Below, piece after piece: positions 7,963 to 16,364 of a stretch of 46,716 bases of DNA. The position numbers and the translations under genes were made by a program. Source of the stretch: a virus (taxonomy: Duplodnaviria; Caudoviricetes); the IMG/VR virus record IMGVR_UViG_3300042208_000036, positions 1-46,716 of that record; one strand, written 5' to 3'. Numbering within the stretch: the stretch's first letter is position 1; every line of letters starts with the position of its first letter. Below the pieces are notes generated by a model. That model saw only the letters and a program-made list of their open reading frames with translations, did not search any database and had not been told where the DNA came from.

Positions 7963-10900
7963 TTAGTTTTCCTCTTGTGTTTCATTTAATGCTTCAAGTC
8001 CTACGATTGAGCCACCAATCATATAAAGCGGTTGACCGTATTTCTTAATATCTTCTTTCATTTGAGGTGTTATATCAACACTCCACACCATCTCTTCTAT
8101 GTCATCTAGTTCTTCCATTTTTGGTTTTACTTTGTACTTTTTAAATAGTTTTTTTGCAATATTTGGAACTATATTGTCATAGAATGCTTTCATACCATCT
8201 CCACCAAATTTAAGTTCATCTCCTTTGAGAACATATATTTCATCTCTAGTTGAACTTTTTGGGTCAATAAGTCTTTTTGTAAGCTCTTTACCCAGCATGG
8301 CTTCTACTTCTTCATCTGATGCAACTTTTTTAAATACTACTTCATCTCCGTCTTTGCTCCCTTGGATATAACCTGTTTGTTTGTTGTAAACTATTGTATC
8401 AAGCTCTTTTTCAAGACTGTATCTTTTTGCTTGTTGTTTTCCTGTTGTCCATGCTATTTTGTCATAGTCGTTTGCTACTGCTTCTTGAATCATTCTTTTA
8501 AGACCTAACTCTGCCCAGTTCTTTTTAAATGGTGCGTTTGGTACTCCGTTGTTTAACTGTTTTAATCTTTGTGTATATTCTTCATATGATATTTCTTGCT
8601 CTTTATATAAGTCTATTAAATTCTCTCGTGTATCATTAGTTTTATATCCATATTTTCTCCCATCTTGATGCCAGTCGCTTTGTAGCTCTTCTATGAAAAG
8701 TGTATTTTTAGCATCTATCGTTCTGTCATCTACTCTTGTAAACACTAAAATATTTGATTCATCCCAGTGATTAGACTTGTATCCATGTTTTTCGAACATA
8801 TCATATTCTAATTGTATCTTGCTTTTAGCACTCATTAAAACATCAGTTCCATCATATGGAGCTTTTTCTGCATACCAGTATCCATCTCCACCATTTATAA
8901 TTTTGATATCTTTATCTCTTTTTATTGGAGTTCTATAAAGTAGCTCTCTATAATTATTGCCACCATCTAATTTGTACTCCTGATAAGTAGGAAGTTTTCT
9001 GTTTACAAATTTATCTATTACTTCTTCTTTTAAAGCATCTCCAACATCGTGGATTAGATTATGGTCTAAATTTGGATATTTCTCTGCCAACTTGTCCCAT
9101 TGCTTATCGTAAGTTCCATCTACTAATTCTCCTCTATCGAAAACAGTCATCATCTCTTCTGCAAGTTTTCTATCTTTTTCATCTAGTGCATCAAGATACT
9201 TTATAACTTCATCATCTAAGTCGTTATAATCTAAAACCAATGTTTTATCCATCATCTCTTCAGAATTAAAAGCAACTTTTTCAATAACTAATCTATTATC
9301 ATTTATCGTATTTTGAATCTGTTCTTTTGTAAGTTTCTCGTTGTTCTCTATAAGCTCTTTAAGACCTGACCATTCTATTTCATCTTCTTTTACTCCATTT
9401 TTCTCCAGCATTTTCGTCAACGAAACAGTATCTATTTTCCCACCTACTTTTTCATCAACTACTTTTTCTAAAACTGAATAGAATCCTTGGTCATCTACTG
9501 CACCTGTAATAACTGGTGGTTTGCCACCTCCAGCAGCTTTTGCCATTTCTTCTTCTGCATCATTAATAAAGTTTTGTATCTTAGTAGCTACCTTTTCTTT
9601 TATTTTGTCTCCATATTGTTTGTTTAAATATTTAGCTCCAGCTTTTGCAACTGTGTATCCACCCATTCCAACTATAAAGCTTTGCGGATCAAATCCTACG
9701 ATATTTCCATCTTCATCTGTTTCAACTCCAGCAAGTGTTCCAGCTAGTAAGTTGTCTCCAAATTTAGCAAATGGTACAAGTCCTGCTTTGTCTGCTTCTT
9801 CAAATGTCATTCCATCATAAGCTTTTTTATTTGCATCAATAAGCTCTTTGGCTTCATCATAAAGTTTGTTTAATTCATAAAATTTTTCTCTATACTTTTC
9901 TTCCATCTCTTTTGTAGTATTCGGAAGTTTATTGTTTTTTAATCCACGAACTAATGCTTTATATTCATTGTCATTTAAAACTTCATTTACTTTTGTGCTA
10001 TCAAAAGATTTCAATTCTTCTAACTTGTCAATAGCAGTACTATTTACTGGGTATTGGTTTTTTAATTTTGTTTTTTCTAATACTTCAGGGTCTATTTTAT
10101 TTTTAGCTTTTACATATTGCTCTATCTCATTTGGTGTAGCAGTTCCTTTTACAATTTTAGTAGTCATTTGAGAAAAACTTCCAAATCTATCATCTGGAGT
10201 GTGTGTTTCAACTGCTCTTATTTCATAAATAGATGGTGTTGTAAAATTTTCAATTTCATCATTTATTTTTTGTTGCATTTCAAATAGTCTGGTTTTTTCT
10301 CTTTCTGCTTCTTCTAGTAATCTTTTTGCTTCTGCATCATTTTTAGCCATCATTAATTTATTGTTTTCTTTTATTAGGCTTTTTAAAATATATTTGCTCT
10401 CATCTGATAATTCTGGGTACTCATAAACATTTGTTGCAAATTCTTTAGGTGTTCTACTTTTTTCTAGTGCTTTCCCTATGTGCCTTTGCAGTGCTAATCT
10501 TTTTGCATCATCCCCTGGTTTAATTGATTGAATAAATTGAAAAAACATATTTGCAGTTTCCATTTTTATTTTACCGTCAAGAGTAGTTGCAATGTTGTGT
10601 TTAGGTTTTGTGGTAATTCCTTTTGCCATATCAAGATAAAGTAAATCTTTATTTCCAAATTTATCCGCATAAGTAATTAAGTTTTCAATAGTTTCTTTCC
10701 CTAATTCACTTCTAACATTTCTTTTAATAGACTGTAACTCTTTCCCTAAATCTTCAAAAGCTATAGCTTTTTGACCTTGGGCAGTTTTGGCTGTGAAGGA
10801 ATCTGTTATATCTCTTATAACTGCAACTTCAACTGTTTGTCTAGCATTGGGTGACATTTTTGATAACACATCATCAACATAGCTATCGTCATCAGCCATA

Positions 10901-12735
10901 TGTTTTATTAGCTTATCCATTCTGTATTCACTGCTTTGAGCATCCCCCATAATTCCTTTGAAAACTTTGTTTTCACTCAATGCTCCCAGCTCTCTATATT
11001 TTTCCATTGATTTTGAAAATCTATCAATTAATCTAGTAGCTAATTCATCTGGTAGGTTATCATTTACAGCTTTGTAAATTTGGTTATCAAGATTTTCTTT
11101 TAGTGAAGTAAAAGTGTCTTTGTCTTTTTTATTTGTTAAATATTTTTCATTTTGACCATAAAATCTATTTAGTTGTTGTCTCAAATCAAGTAAACCATCT
11201 ATATCTCTTTCTATTCCTACTTGTGCATTGCTATCGTAAATAGTATTTTTAATTGATGTTTGAAGAGTTAAAAATCTTTTTTTAGCATCAGGGTCTTGAA
11301 CTCTTTTAGACATATCTCTAAATACGCTATTTAAATTTAAGTCTTCTAATTCAAATTTATAGTTTACTTCTTGAAATGCATCACTAAAATCTTTTCTCAT
11401 ATTGTTAAAATCACTTTTAACACTTAACTCATGCCCATTAAGATAATTTTTAATTTCTTCTCCACCAATTTTTGATGACTTGTTATTTAATTCATTTTGT
11501 ATATTTGTTGTTCGTTGATCTATTGTATCGCTTAAATTTCTAGCAGCTGTTTCGTTATTTGTGATTGCACCTTTAATTATATTAGCATCCCCTTTTTCTA
11601 ATGTAGCAGCTAAAAGTTCTTCTTGTTGTTTTGCTTTCCCAGTTATTCCTTTTGATGTATAATCTTCTACTTCCTTATAGTTTTGTTTTGCTTGTTCTAA
11701 AGCATCATCTATAAACTCTTCACTTATTTTTAAATCTTTTTTTAATATTTCTCTTGCACCGTTGATATTACCATTTACAATATAATCTTTTACTTGCTTT
11801 GGTAATTCTATTAGTTTACCGCCAACTTTGACTACTCCAAACCCAAGGGATGTTCCTGCGACATCAAGAACTGCACTTTTACTAAGTTCATTTAAATAAT
11901 CTTCTATATTTAAATCTTGATTTCCTTTTAGTTCATTTATTGCTGTGTCGTAAGCTGTTCCAGTTACTGCACCCACTCCACTTGAAGATAATATAACTAA
12001 TGCTCTTGCTATTGGATTCGGTATTTTTTTAGCAAGTTCAGCACCCTTGTAGGCACCATATGCTGCACCACTTATTTCACCAGCATCAGCAACAATTCCA
12101 TCTACAACACTTTCAAAAAAACCATTTGTTATTGCTTTTGTGTTTCCTTTATCATCTACTGCAACAAAAGTTCCATTTTTATCTTGTCCTAAATCATATC
12201 CACCACGATGTAAAATATTTGCTACATTATCAATGTATTTATCTTTTTGTTCTTGTGTTGCTTCTCCGATAAGTCTAATATCTGTTCTTGCTAGTGCTTC
12301 AATATTAGAGATAAGTTTGTCATCAATTTTATTTTCATTGTATTTTTTTGTGGCTTCTTTGTGCATTTGAGTATCTTCAACTACATTTAAATCTCCAGTA
12401 ATATCACTTATAGGATTTAAAAAGTTTACTCCTGTTTCTAGTCCATCTGCTCCAATATGTAAAAATTTTTTAGCTTCATCGATTCCACTAGATACAAAAT
12501 CTTTAGTTTTATCCCATAGTTTTTTTTCTTTTTGTGGTTCATTTGTAGGAACTGGGGCAGGATGTACATTTCCTACATCATTATATGATGGAGTTTTTGT
12601 TTCTTCTTTTTGAATCAAAGGATTATCTATTACATTTAAAGATACTTCTCCTTTGGCTATTTTTTCTCTAAGTTTTGCTTTTCTAGTATCATCAAGACTT
12701 AATAATACTTCTTTGTTGATGTTTATAGTTTCCAT
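7963..12735 (-). CDS. Giant (1590 aa) DNA-ejection/internal virion protein with a conserved C-terminal domain of large polyvalent-type proteins
   Basis: G/A-rich hydrophobic helices near the N-terminus, helical body, C-terminal FYSVLE...LFIEELQSDWHQ...GMKAFYD region. Confidence 0.6.
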   Translation of the reverse strand: METININKEVLLSLDDTRKAKLREKIAKGEVSLNVIDNPLIQKEETKTPSYNDVGNVHPAPVPTNEPQKEKKLWDKTKDFVSSGIDEAKKFLHIGADGLETGVNFLNPISDITGDLNVVEDTQMHKEATKKYNENKIDDKLISNIEALARTDIRLIGEATQEQKDKYIDNVANILHRGGYDLGQDKNGTFVAVDDKGNTKAITNGFFESVVDGIVADAGEISGAAYGAYKGAELAKKIPNPIARALVILSSSGVGAVTGTAYDTAINELKGNQDLNIEDYLNELSKSAVLDVAGTSLGFGVVKVGGKLIELPKQVKDYIVNGNINGAREILKKDLKISEEFIDDALEQAKQNYKEVEDYTSKGITGKAKQQEELLAATLEKGDANIIKGAITNNETAARNLSDTIDQRTTNIQNELNNKSSKIGGEEIKNYLNGHELSVKSDFNNMRKDFSDAFQEVNYKFELEDLNLNSVFRDMSKRVQDPDAKKRFLTLQTSIKNTIYDSNAQVGIERDIDGLLDLRQQLNRFYGQNEKYLTNKKDKDTFTSLKENLDNQIYKAVNDNLPDELATRLIDRFSKSMEKYRELGALSENKVFKGIMGDAQSSEYRMDKLIKHMADDDSYVDDVLSKMSPNARQTVEVAVIRDITDSFTAKTAQGQKAIAFEDLGKELQSIKRNVRSELGKETIENLITYADKFGNKDLLYLDMAKGITTKPKHNIATTLDGKIKMETANMFFQFIQSIKPGDDAKRLALQRHIGKALEKSRTPKEFATNVYEYPELSDESKYILKSLIKENNKLMMAKNDAEAKRLLEEAEREKTRLFEMQQKINDEIENFTTPSIYEIRAVETHTPDDRFGSFSQMTTKIVKGTATPNEIEQYVKAKNKIDPEVLEKTKLKNQYPVNSTAIDKLEELKSFDSTKVNEVLNDNEYKALVRGLKNNKLPNTTKEMEEKYREKFYELNKLYDEAKELIDANKKAYDGMTFEEADKAGLVPFAKFGDNLLAGTLAGVETDEDGNIVGFDPQSFIVGMGGYTVAKAGAKYLNKQYGDKIKEKVATKIQNFINDAEEEMAKAAGGGKPPVITGAVDDQGFYSVLEKVVDEKVGGKIDTVSLTKMLEKNGVKEDEIEWSGLKELIENNEKLTKEQIQNTINDNRLVIEKVAFNSEEMMDKTLVLDYNDLDDEVIKYLDALDEKDRKLAEEMMTVFDRGELVDGTYDKQWDKLAEKYPNLDHNLIHDVGDALKEEVIDKFVNRKLPTYQEYKLDGGNNYRELLYRTPIKRDKDIKIINGGDGYWYAEKAPYDGTDVLMSAKSKIQLEYDMFEKHGYKSNHWDESNILVFTRVDDRTIDAKNTLFIEELQSDWHQDGRKYGYKTNDTRENLIDLYKEQEISYEEYTQRLKQLNNGVPNAPFKKNWAELGLKRMIQEAVANDYDKIAWTTGKQQAKRYSLEKELDTIVYNKQTGYIQGSKDGDEVVFKKVASDEEVEAMLGKELTKRLIDPKSSTRDEIYVLKGDELKFGGDGMKAFYDNIVPNIAKKLFKKYKVKPKMEELDDIEEMVWSVDITPQMKEDIKKYGQPLYMIGGSIVGLEALNETQEEN

Positions 12736-12738
12736 TTG

Positions 12739-14130
12739 TTAAAGTCCTAAAAGTTTGTCAAATTCTTCTACGCTGTTTACGGTATTAGTTGTAAGTTGAG
12801 ATTCTGTTTTTGTTATAGAATTATCTTTTTTTCTAATAATAGTTACTTGTGAGTTGTCATTATCTGTAGTTTTGTTTTCTTCACTGTTGATAATTGATTC
12901 AAGCATTTTAATATTGTTTTCATATCCAGTTAATTTTATATAGTTTGGATGCTTGTTTGCATATTGATTAGCATTAAATAAGATTTGTTGAGTTTTATTT
13001 TTTAGTGCATTTGCTACAGCTTTATCACTCTGCCATAATGAAGCAAATGAATTTTCTAAAGTCTTCATATCTCTATCTGAAACAGTTCCAGTCATTGCAG
13101 TTTTTGCAAGTGGTTGTAAAGTTGATAAAAATGCAGTTCTTCCCTCTTGAGTAGTGTCGTCCCAATTTAAACCAGTCCACACTGAAAATTGATTTTTAAT
13201 TTCATCACTAACTCCAGCTCCACCGTTAGAAACTAATTTTTGAGCTTCATTTAGTTGGTAAACTGTTGGTGCTAAGTTTCTAAAAAACTTATCAACTTCT
13301 TTTGCATCTTTGTATATATTTGAATACATGTTTGCAGCTTCTGATTTTAAAGCTTTATCGTCTGTATTAAGTGCATTTGTTACAAATTCATTTGCATACT
13401 TCATATCTCTTACCCCTGTACCCATCTTTTTATTTAAACTGTATTCTTCATACCACTTTTTAAAAGAGGGGTCGCTATTGATTCTATTGTATATTTTTTC
13501 TTCCGTAGTTGGTGCGTACTCTTTAGGATTGTTTAAATCATAAAGATTTTTTTGTATTTCTGTTTGAGTTTTAAGTAAGCCTAACTTATCTTTTTCAGAT
13601 ACTCTCTCCGCATAAACCCCTGTCTTTGTTTTTTGACCAATCGTATCTACTACATTGTGAAAAGTATCGGCATCTATTTTTCCACTTTCATATTGTTTTT
13701 TTAAAAAACCTTTTGCCCCACCAATATCAAAGCTACCATCTTCTTTTGTGAACATACTCGAAGCCATAGCAAAATGTTTATCTTGCTGCTCTTTGCTCAG
13801 TTTGTTTTTATTTGTATCGATAAAATCATTTGTCAAGGTAACATATTTTGAAGTTTTAAAAGGATTTTTTTGCATATACGCTTTTGGGTCATCCGATGTT
13901 AAGAGTTCAGCAAATTTCTTATCATCTGCTAAAGTATCTGCCACACTTTCGTATTGAAGTCTTTTGGTGTCTGTTTCTATTTGTTTGAGTTCATTCTCTT
14001 TTTGTTGTTCTGCAATACCGCCAATATCAGTAAATGCTTTTGCAATAGCATGACCGTAGTTTATCCCTTTTGTTTTACCAACCATCTTAACTATATTTGG
14101 GTCTAGTTTAAATCTATTTGAGTCGCTCAT
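12739..14130 (-). CDS. Internal virion/ejection protein
   Basis: Helical, TGTVSDRDMKTL motif typical of podophage ejection proteins; precedes the giant protein. Confidence 0.55.
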   Translation of the reverse strand: MSDSNRFKLDPNIVKMVGKTKGINYGHAIAKAFTDIGGIAEQQKENELKQIETDTKRLQYESVADTLADDKKFAELLTSDDPKAYMQKNPFKTSKYVTLTNDFIDTNKNKLSKEQQDKHFAMASSMFTKEDGSFDIGGAKGFLKKQYESGKIDADTFHNVVDTIGQKTKTGVYAERVSEKDKLGLLKTQTEIQKNLYDLNNPKEYAPTTEEKIYNRINSDPSFKKWYEEYSLNKKMGTGVRDMKYANEFVTNALNTDDKALKSEAANMYSNIYKDAKEVDKFFRNLAPTVYQLNEAQKLVSNGGAGVSDEIKNQFSVWTGLNWDDTTQEGRTAFLSTLQPLAKTAMTGTVSDRDMKTLENSFASLWQSDKAVANALKNKTQQILFNANQYANKHPNYIKLTGYENNIKMLESIINSEENKTTDNDNSQVTIIRKKDNSITKTESQLTTNTVNSVEEFDKLLGL

Positions 14131-14157
14131 AAATAAACCTTTTTTATCATTTTAAAT

Positions 14158-14198
14158 ATGTTACTAAAAAGGTTTATTAAAAACTAGGTGGGTATTTT
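14158..14198 (-). promoter_or_regulatory. Putative late promoter, copy 1
   Basis: AAAATACCCACCTAGTTT-17nt-TAACAT; the same 18-mer occurs at 33425 and 40927. Confidence 0.7.
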
Positions 14199-14217
14199 TT
14201 GTGAGTGCTTGGGTATT

Positions 14218-14415
14218 TTACCCAAACACATAATGTAAGTTGATAATTCTTTCATTGCAATAATTCACAATATTTTTACAATAAAGCTTCACATCATTTC
14301 TTTTAAAAGTTTCCATGTCGATTTCAAGCTCTTTACAAAACTCCTCATCATCTTTGATATTGGCGATTCTCATGATAAAAGCTTTGCCATATTTGTAGTA
14401 GTATTCAGTTTTCAT
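14218..14415 (-). CDS. Small degenerate CI/Cro-like HTH protein; paralog of 4059..4292
   Basis: MKTEYYYKYG...RIANIKDDEEFCKELEI...YCNERIINLHYVFG; AGGAG RBS. Confidence 0.7.
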   Translation of the reverse strand: MKTEYYYKYGKAFIMRIANIKDDEEFCKELEIDMETFKRNDVKLYCKNIVNYCNERIINLHYVFG

Positions 14416-15355
14416 TCTTTTCTCCTGGACCTTCATCATCAAAATCATATATCCTATTGCCGTCAATATCCCTAGCATTTGTTTTTTGTCTATCAACATA
14501 CACATCTTCAAGAGGGTCTTTAAGAGTTGATGTTCCCTTCCAAGTCCCTAGCTCACAAAACTCTATCCAATCTAAGGCACTCAGTATATCTTTATGTTCC
14601 AAATCGTTATAAGTGGTAACATTATATTGTTTATTCAAAGCTCTATAAATAGAGGCTATAGTATTATCCAAGTTCATATTATGATAAGGTGCTATCTCTT
14701 TGGCTCTTTTTTCTACTGCATTTTGTATCGCTTTTCTCTCTTTTTTTGTCATAGGTTGGTATCGTAAGAAATTATAAGTTTTTCCAAGAACCTTATCGGT
14801 TCGCACCGATATTTCAGCTGTTATTTTTGTACGGTTTTCCACTTGCTCTAGTTTTTTATCCATATTGCCTAATGACTCTTTTACTTCGCTTTTAAGTCGT
14901 ACTATGTTGTTGTTGGTATCTATGGTTGTTTTTAAAAGACTCTCCATGTTTTTATTGATACTTACTATCGCATCAAAACTTTTCATCATAAAAGCTTGAA
15001 TATCTTGATTTACTGGTTGTATGTTGCCTTGTAATCTTTCTTTCATCATAAAGAAAGCTTTTACAAGATTTTTCTTAAATTCAACAACATTTCCCTTGTT
15101 TGATAGTAATGTCATTAAGAAAGTTGATTGTTGTTCATTTAGTTCTGCAACGGTAATATTTTGAGTTCCACCATTTGTTTCAAAGGGTGCTGTTTTAAAA
15201 AGCACCCTTCCAAATTCACTTATATTATCTTCATGTTTTTTTATTAGACTGATAATATCCTTGTGTCTTCTCTCTGTATGTTCCGATATTGTCATTGTTG
15301 ATACTACTGGTGTATCATCTATAACATCAATTTTAATTAGTTGGTTAGTTTGCAT
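14405..15355 (-). CDS. Rha-family regulator/antirepressor with ORF6C-like C-terminal domain
   Basis: VVSTMTISEHTERRHKDI...LNEQQSTFLMT...FKKNLVKAF. Confidence 0.85.
   Translation of the reverse strand: MQTNQLIKIDVIDDTPVVSTMTISEHTERRHKDIISLIKKHEDNISEFGRVLFKTAPFETNGGTQNITVAELNEQQSTFLMTLLSNKGNVVEFKKNLVKAFFMMKERLQGNIQPVNQDIQAFMMKSFDAIVSINKNMESLLKTTIDTNNNIVRLKSEVKESLGNMDKKLEQVENRTKITAEISVRTDKVLGKTYNFLRYQPMTKKERKAIQNAVEKRAKEIAPYHNMNLDNTIASIYRALNKQYNVTTYNDLEHKDILSALDWIEFCELGTWKGTSTLKDPLEDVYVDRQKTNARDIDGNRIYDFDDEGPGEKNEN
14505..14920 (-). repeat. 416-bp inverted repeat, copy B (partner 3575..3990)
   Basis: See copy A. Confidence 0.9.
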
Positions 15356-15396
15356 TTTTACTCCTTATTTGGTTCGTTTAACGAACTATTTAAGGA

Positions 15397-15425
15397 ATAT
15401 TAGCAATTTTAAATAACTTTGTCAA
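15397..15425 (-). promoter_or_regulatory. sigma70 promoter for the Rha operon
   Basis: TTGACA-17-TAATAT on the minus strand; palindrome TTCGTTTAACGAA at 15373-15385. Confidence 0.65.
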
Positions 15426-15476
15426 GTGTTTTTAGTAAGTTTAAGTAAATATTTTAAAAATTTTAGTATTTTAAAA

Positions 15477-15713
15477 TTACTTTGTGAAGTTTTTAAGTAT
15501 AGCTTTTAGTTGTTCTGTTTCTTGAAGTTGTTCTTTTAATTCCTTATTTTCAAGTAATATCTCCAATGCTTTTGTGATTTGTTCACTTACATTTTCTTTT
15601 ACTGCATTTTGCTTTATTGTACCCTCTGCAACCCCTATCTTCTCCCCAAGTTGCTTATAAGTAAGTCCAAGCTCTTTACATACTCGCTTTACTATGTTTT
15701 CTTCTTTTTCCAT
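15477..15713 (-). CDS. XRE HTH regulator
   Basis: NIVKRVCKELGLTYKQLGEKIGV. Confidence 0.85.
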   Translation of the reverse strand: MEKEENIVKRVCKELGLTYKQLGEKIGVAEGTIKQNAVKENVSEQITKALEILLENKELKEQLQETEQLKAILKNFTK

Positions 15714-15764
15714 ACTCTTTCCTATATTATTTGTTATTTCAAAATTTTATGATATAATACCCTT

Positions 15765-15846
15765 AAGCAAGTTGCTCTTGCAAGTGGATAAGATGTCGGG
15801 GATCATATCCTAGTTTGAAGCTCTATCTTCGGATAGGGCTTTTTTT
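15765..15846 (+). ncRNA. Putative ~80-nt antisense sRNA (or regulatory leader)
   Basis: TGnTATAAT at 15750-15758; terminator AAGCTCTATC-TTCG-GATAGGGCTT+T run; complementary to the RBS/ATG of 15895..15975. Confidence 0.6.
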
Positions 15847-15894
15847 ATGGTTGTTTGGCTGGGTTATGCGGTTAGAAAAAAACTAGGAGTGAAC

Positions 15895-15975
15895 ATGATC
15901 CCCGAACTCAACATTCACTTCATAGGCTATACCCTAATAGCTCTTATCTATATGATATTTGCTTTCAAATCTTAG
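15895..15975 (+). CDS. 26-aa hydrophobic peptide (type I toxin-like)
   Basis: AGGAG RBS; MIPELNIHFIGYTLIALIYMIFAFKS; followed by hairpin 15982-16010. Confidence 0.55.
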   Translation: MIPELNIHFIGYTLIALIYMIFAFKS

Positions 15976-16123
15976 CCTATGGACTGGAGAGATTCGCAAC
16001 CTCTCCAGTTTATCAAAGCTTTTCAAAACTTTCCAATAACCGTAATTCCAAACTAAAGTATATTTATTTATACCTTAATAGTTTGTTAGTCCAAATTTAT
16101 ATTAAAACCTATTTTTATATACC

Positions 16124-16152
16124 TTGATATTATATCCGAAATTAGATATAAT
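16124..16152 (+). promoter_or_regulatory. sigma70 promoter
   Basis: TTGATA-17-TATAAT. Confidence 0.65.
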
Positions 16153-16228
16153 TTTGACAATTAGTACTTGGTAGGTGCTAAGGTTGAAACAAGATGTTTC
16201 TCATTTTGTTGGCAACTTTTATATTAGC

Positions 16229-16261
16229 AAAAAGGCTAGGCTTCGGCTTAGCCTTTTTTTT
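16229..16261. terminator. Bidirectional intrinsic terminator
   Basis: AAAAAGGCTAGGC-TTCG-GCTTAGCCTTTTTTTT; downstream of dnaG on the minus strand. Confidence 0.8.
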
Positions 16262-16364
16262 AGGTGTTCAAAGTGGCAAGGTGGGCTAATATATGAAGTG
16301 TCTCTGTTATAGTTCTCATTGCAGAAATAGTTTTCTAGCAAAACTATTCTATCAAAAAAAATTT

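Noticed and set aside
15880-15887. Fourth copy of the late promoter motif (AAACTAGG)
   Set aside because: Only 8 of 18 bases match; better explained as the peptide's RBS region.
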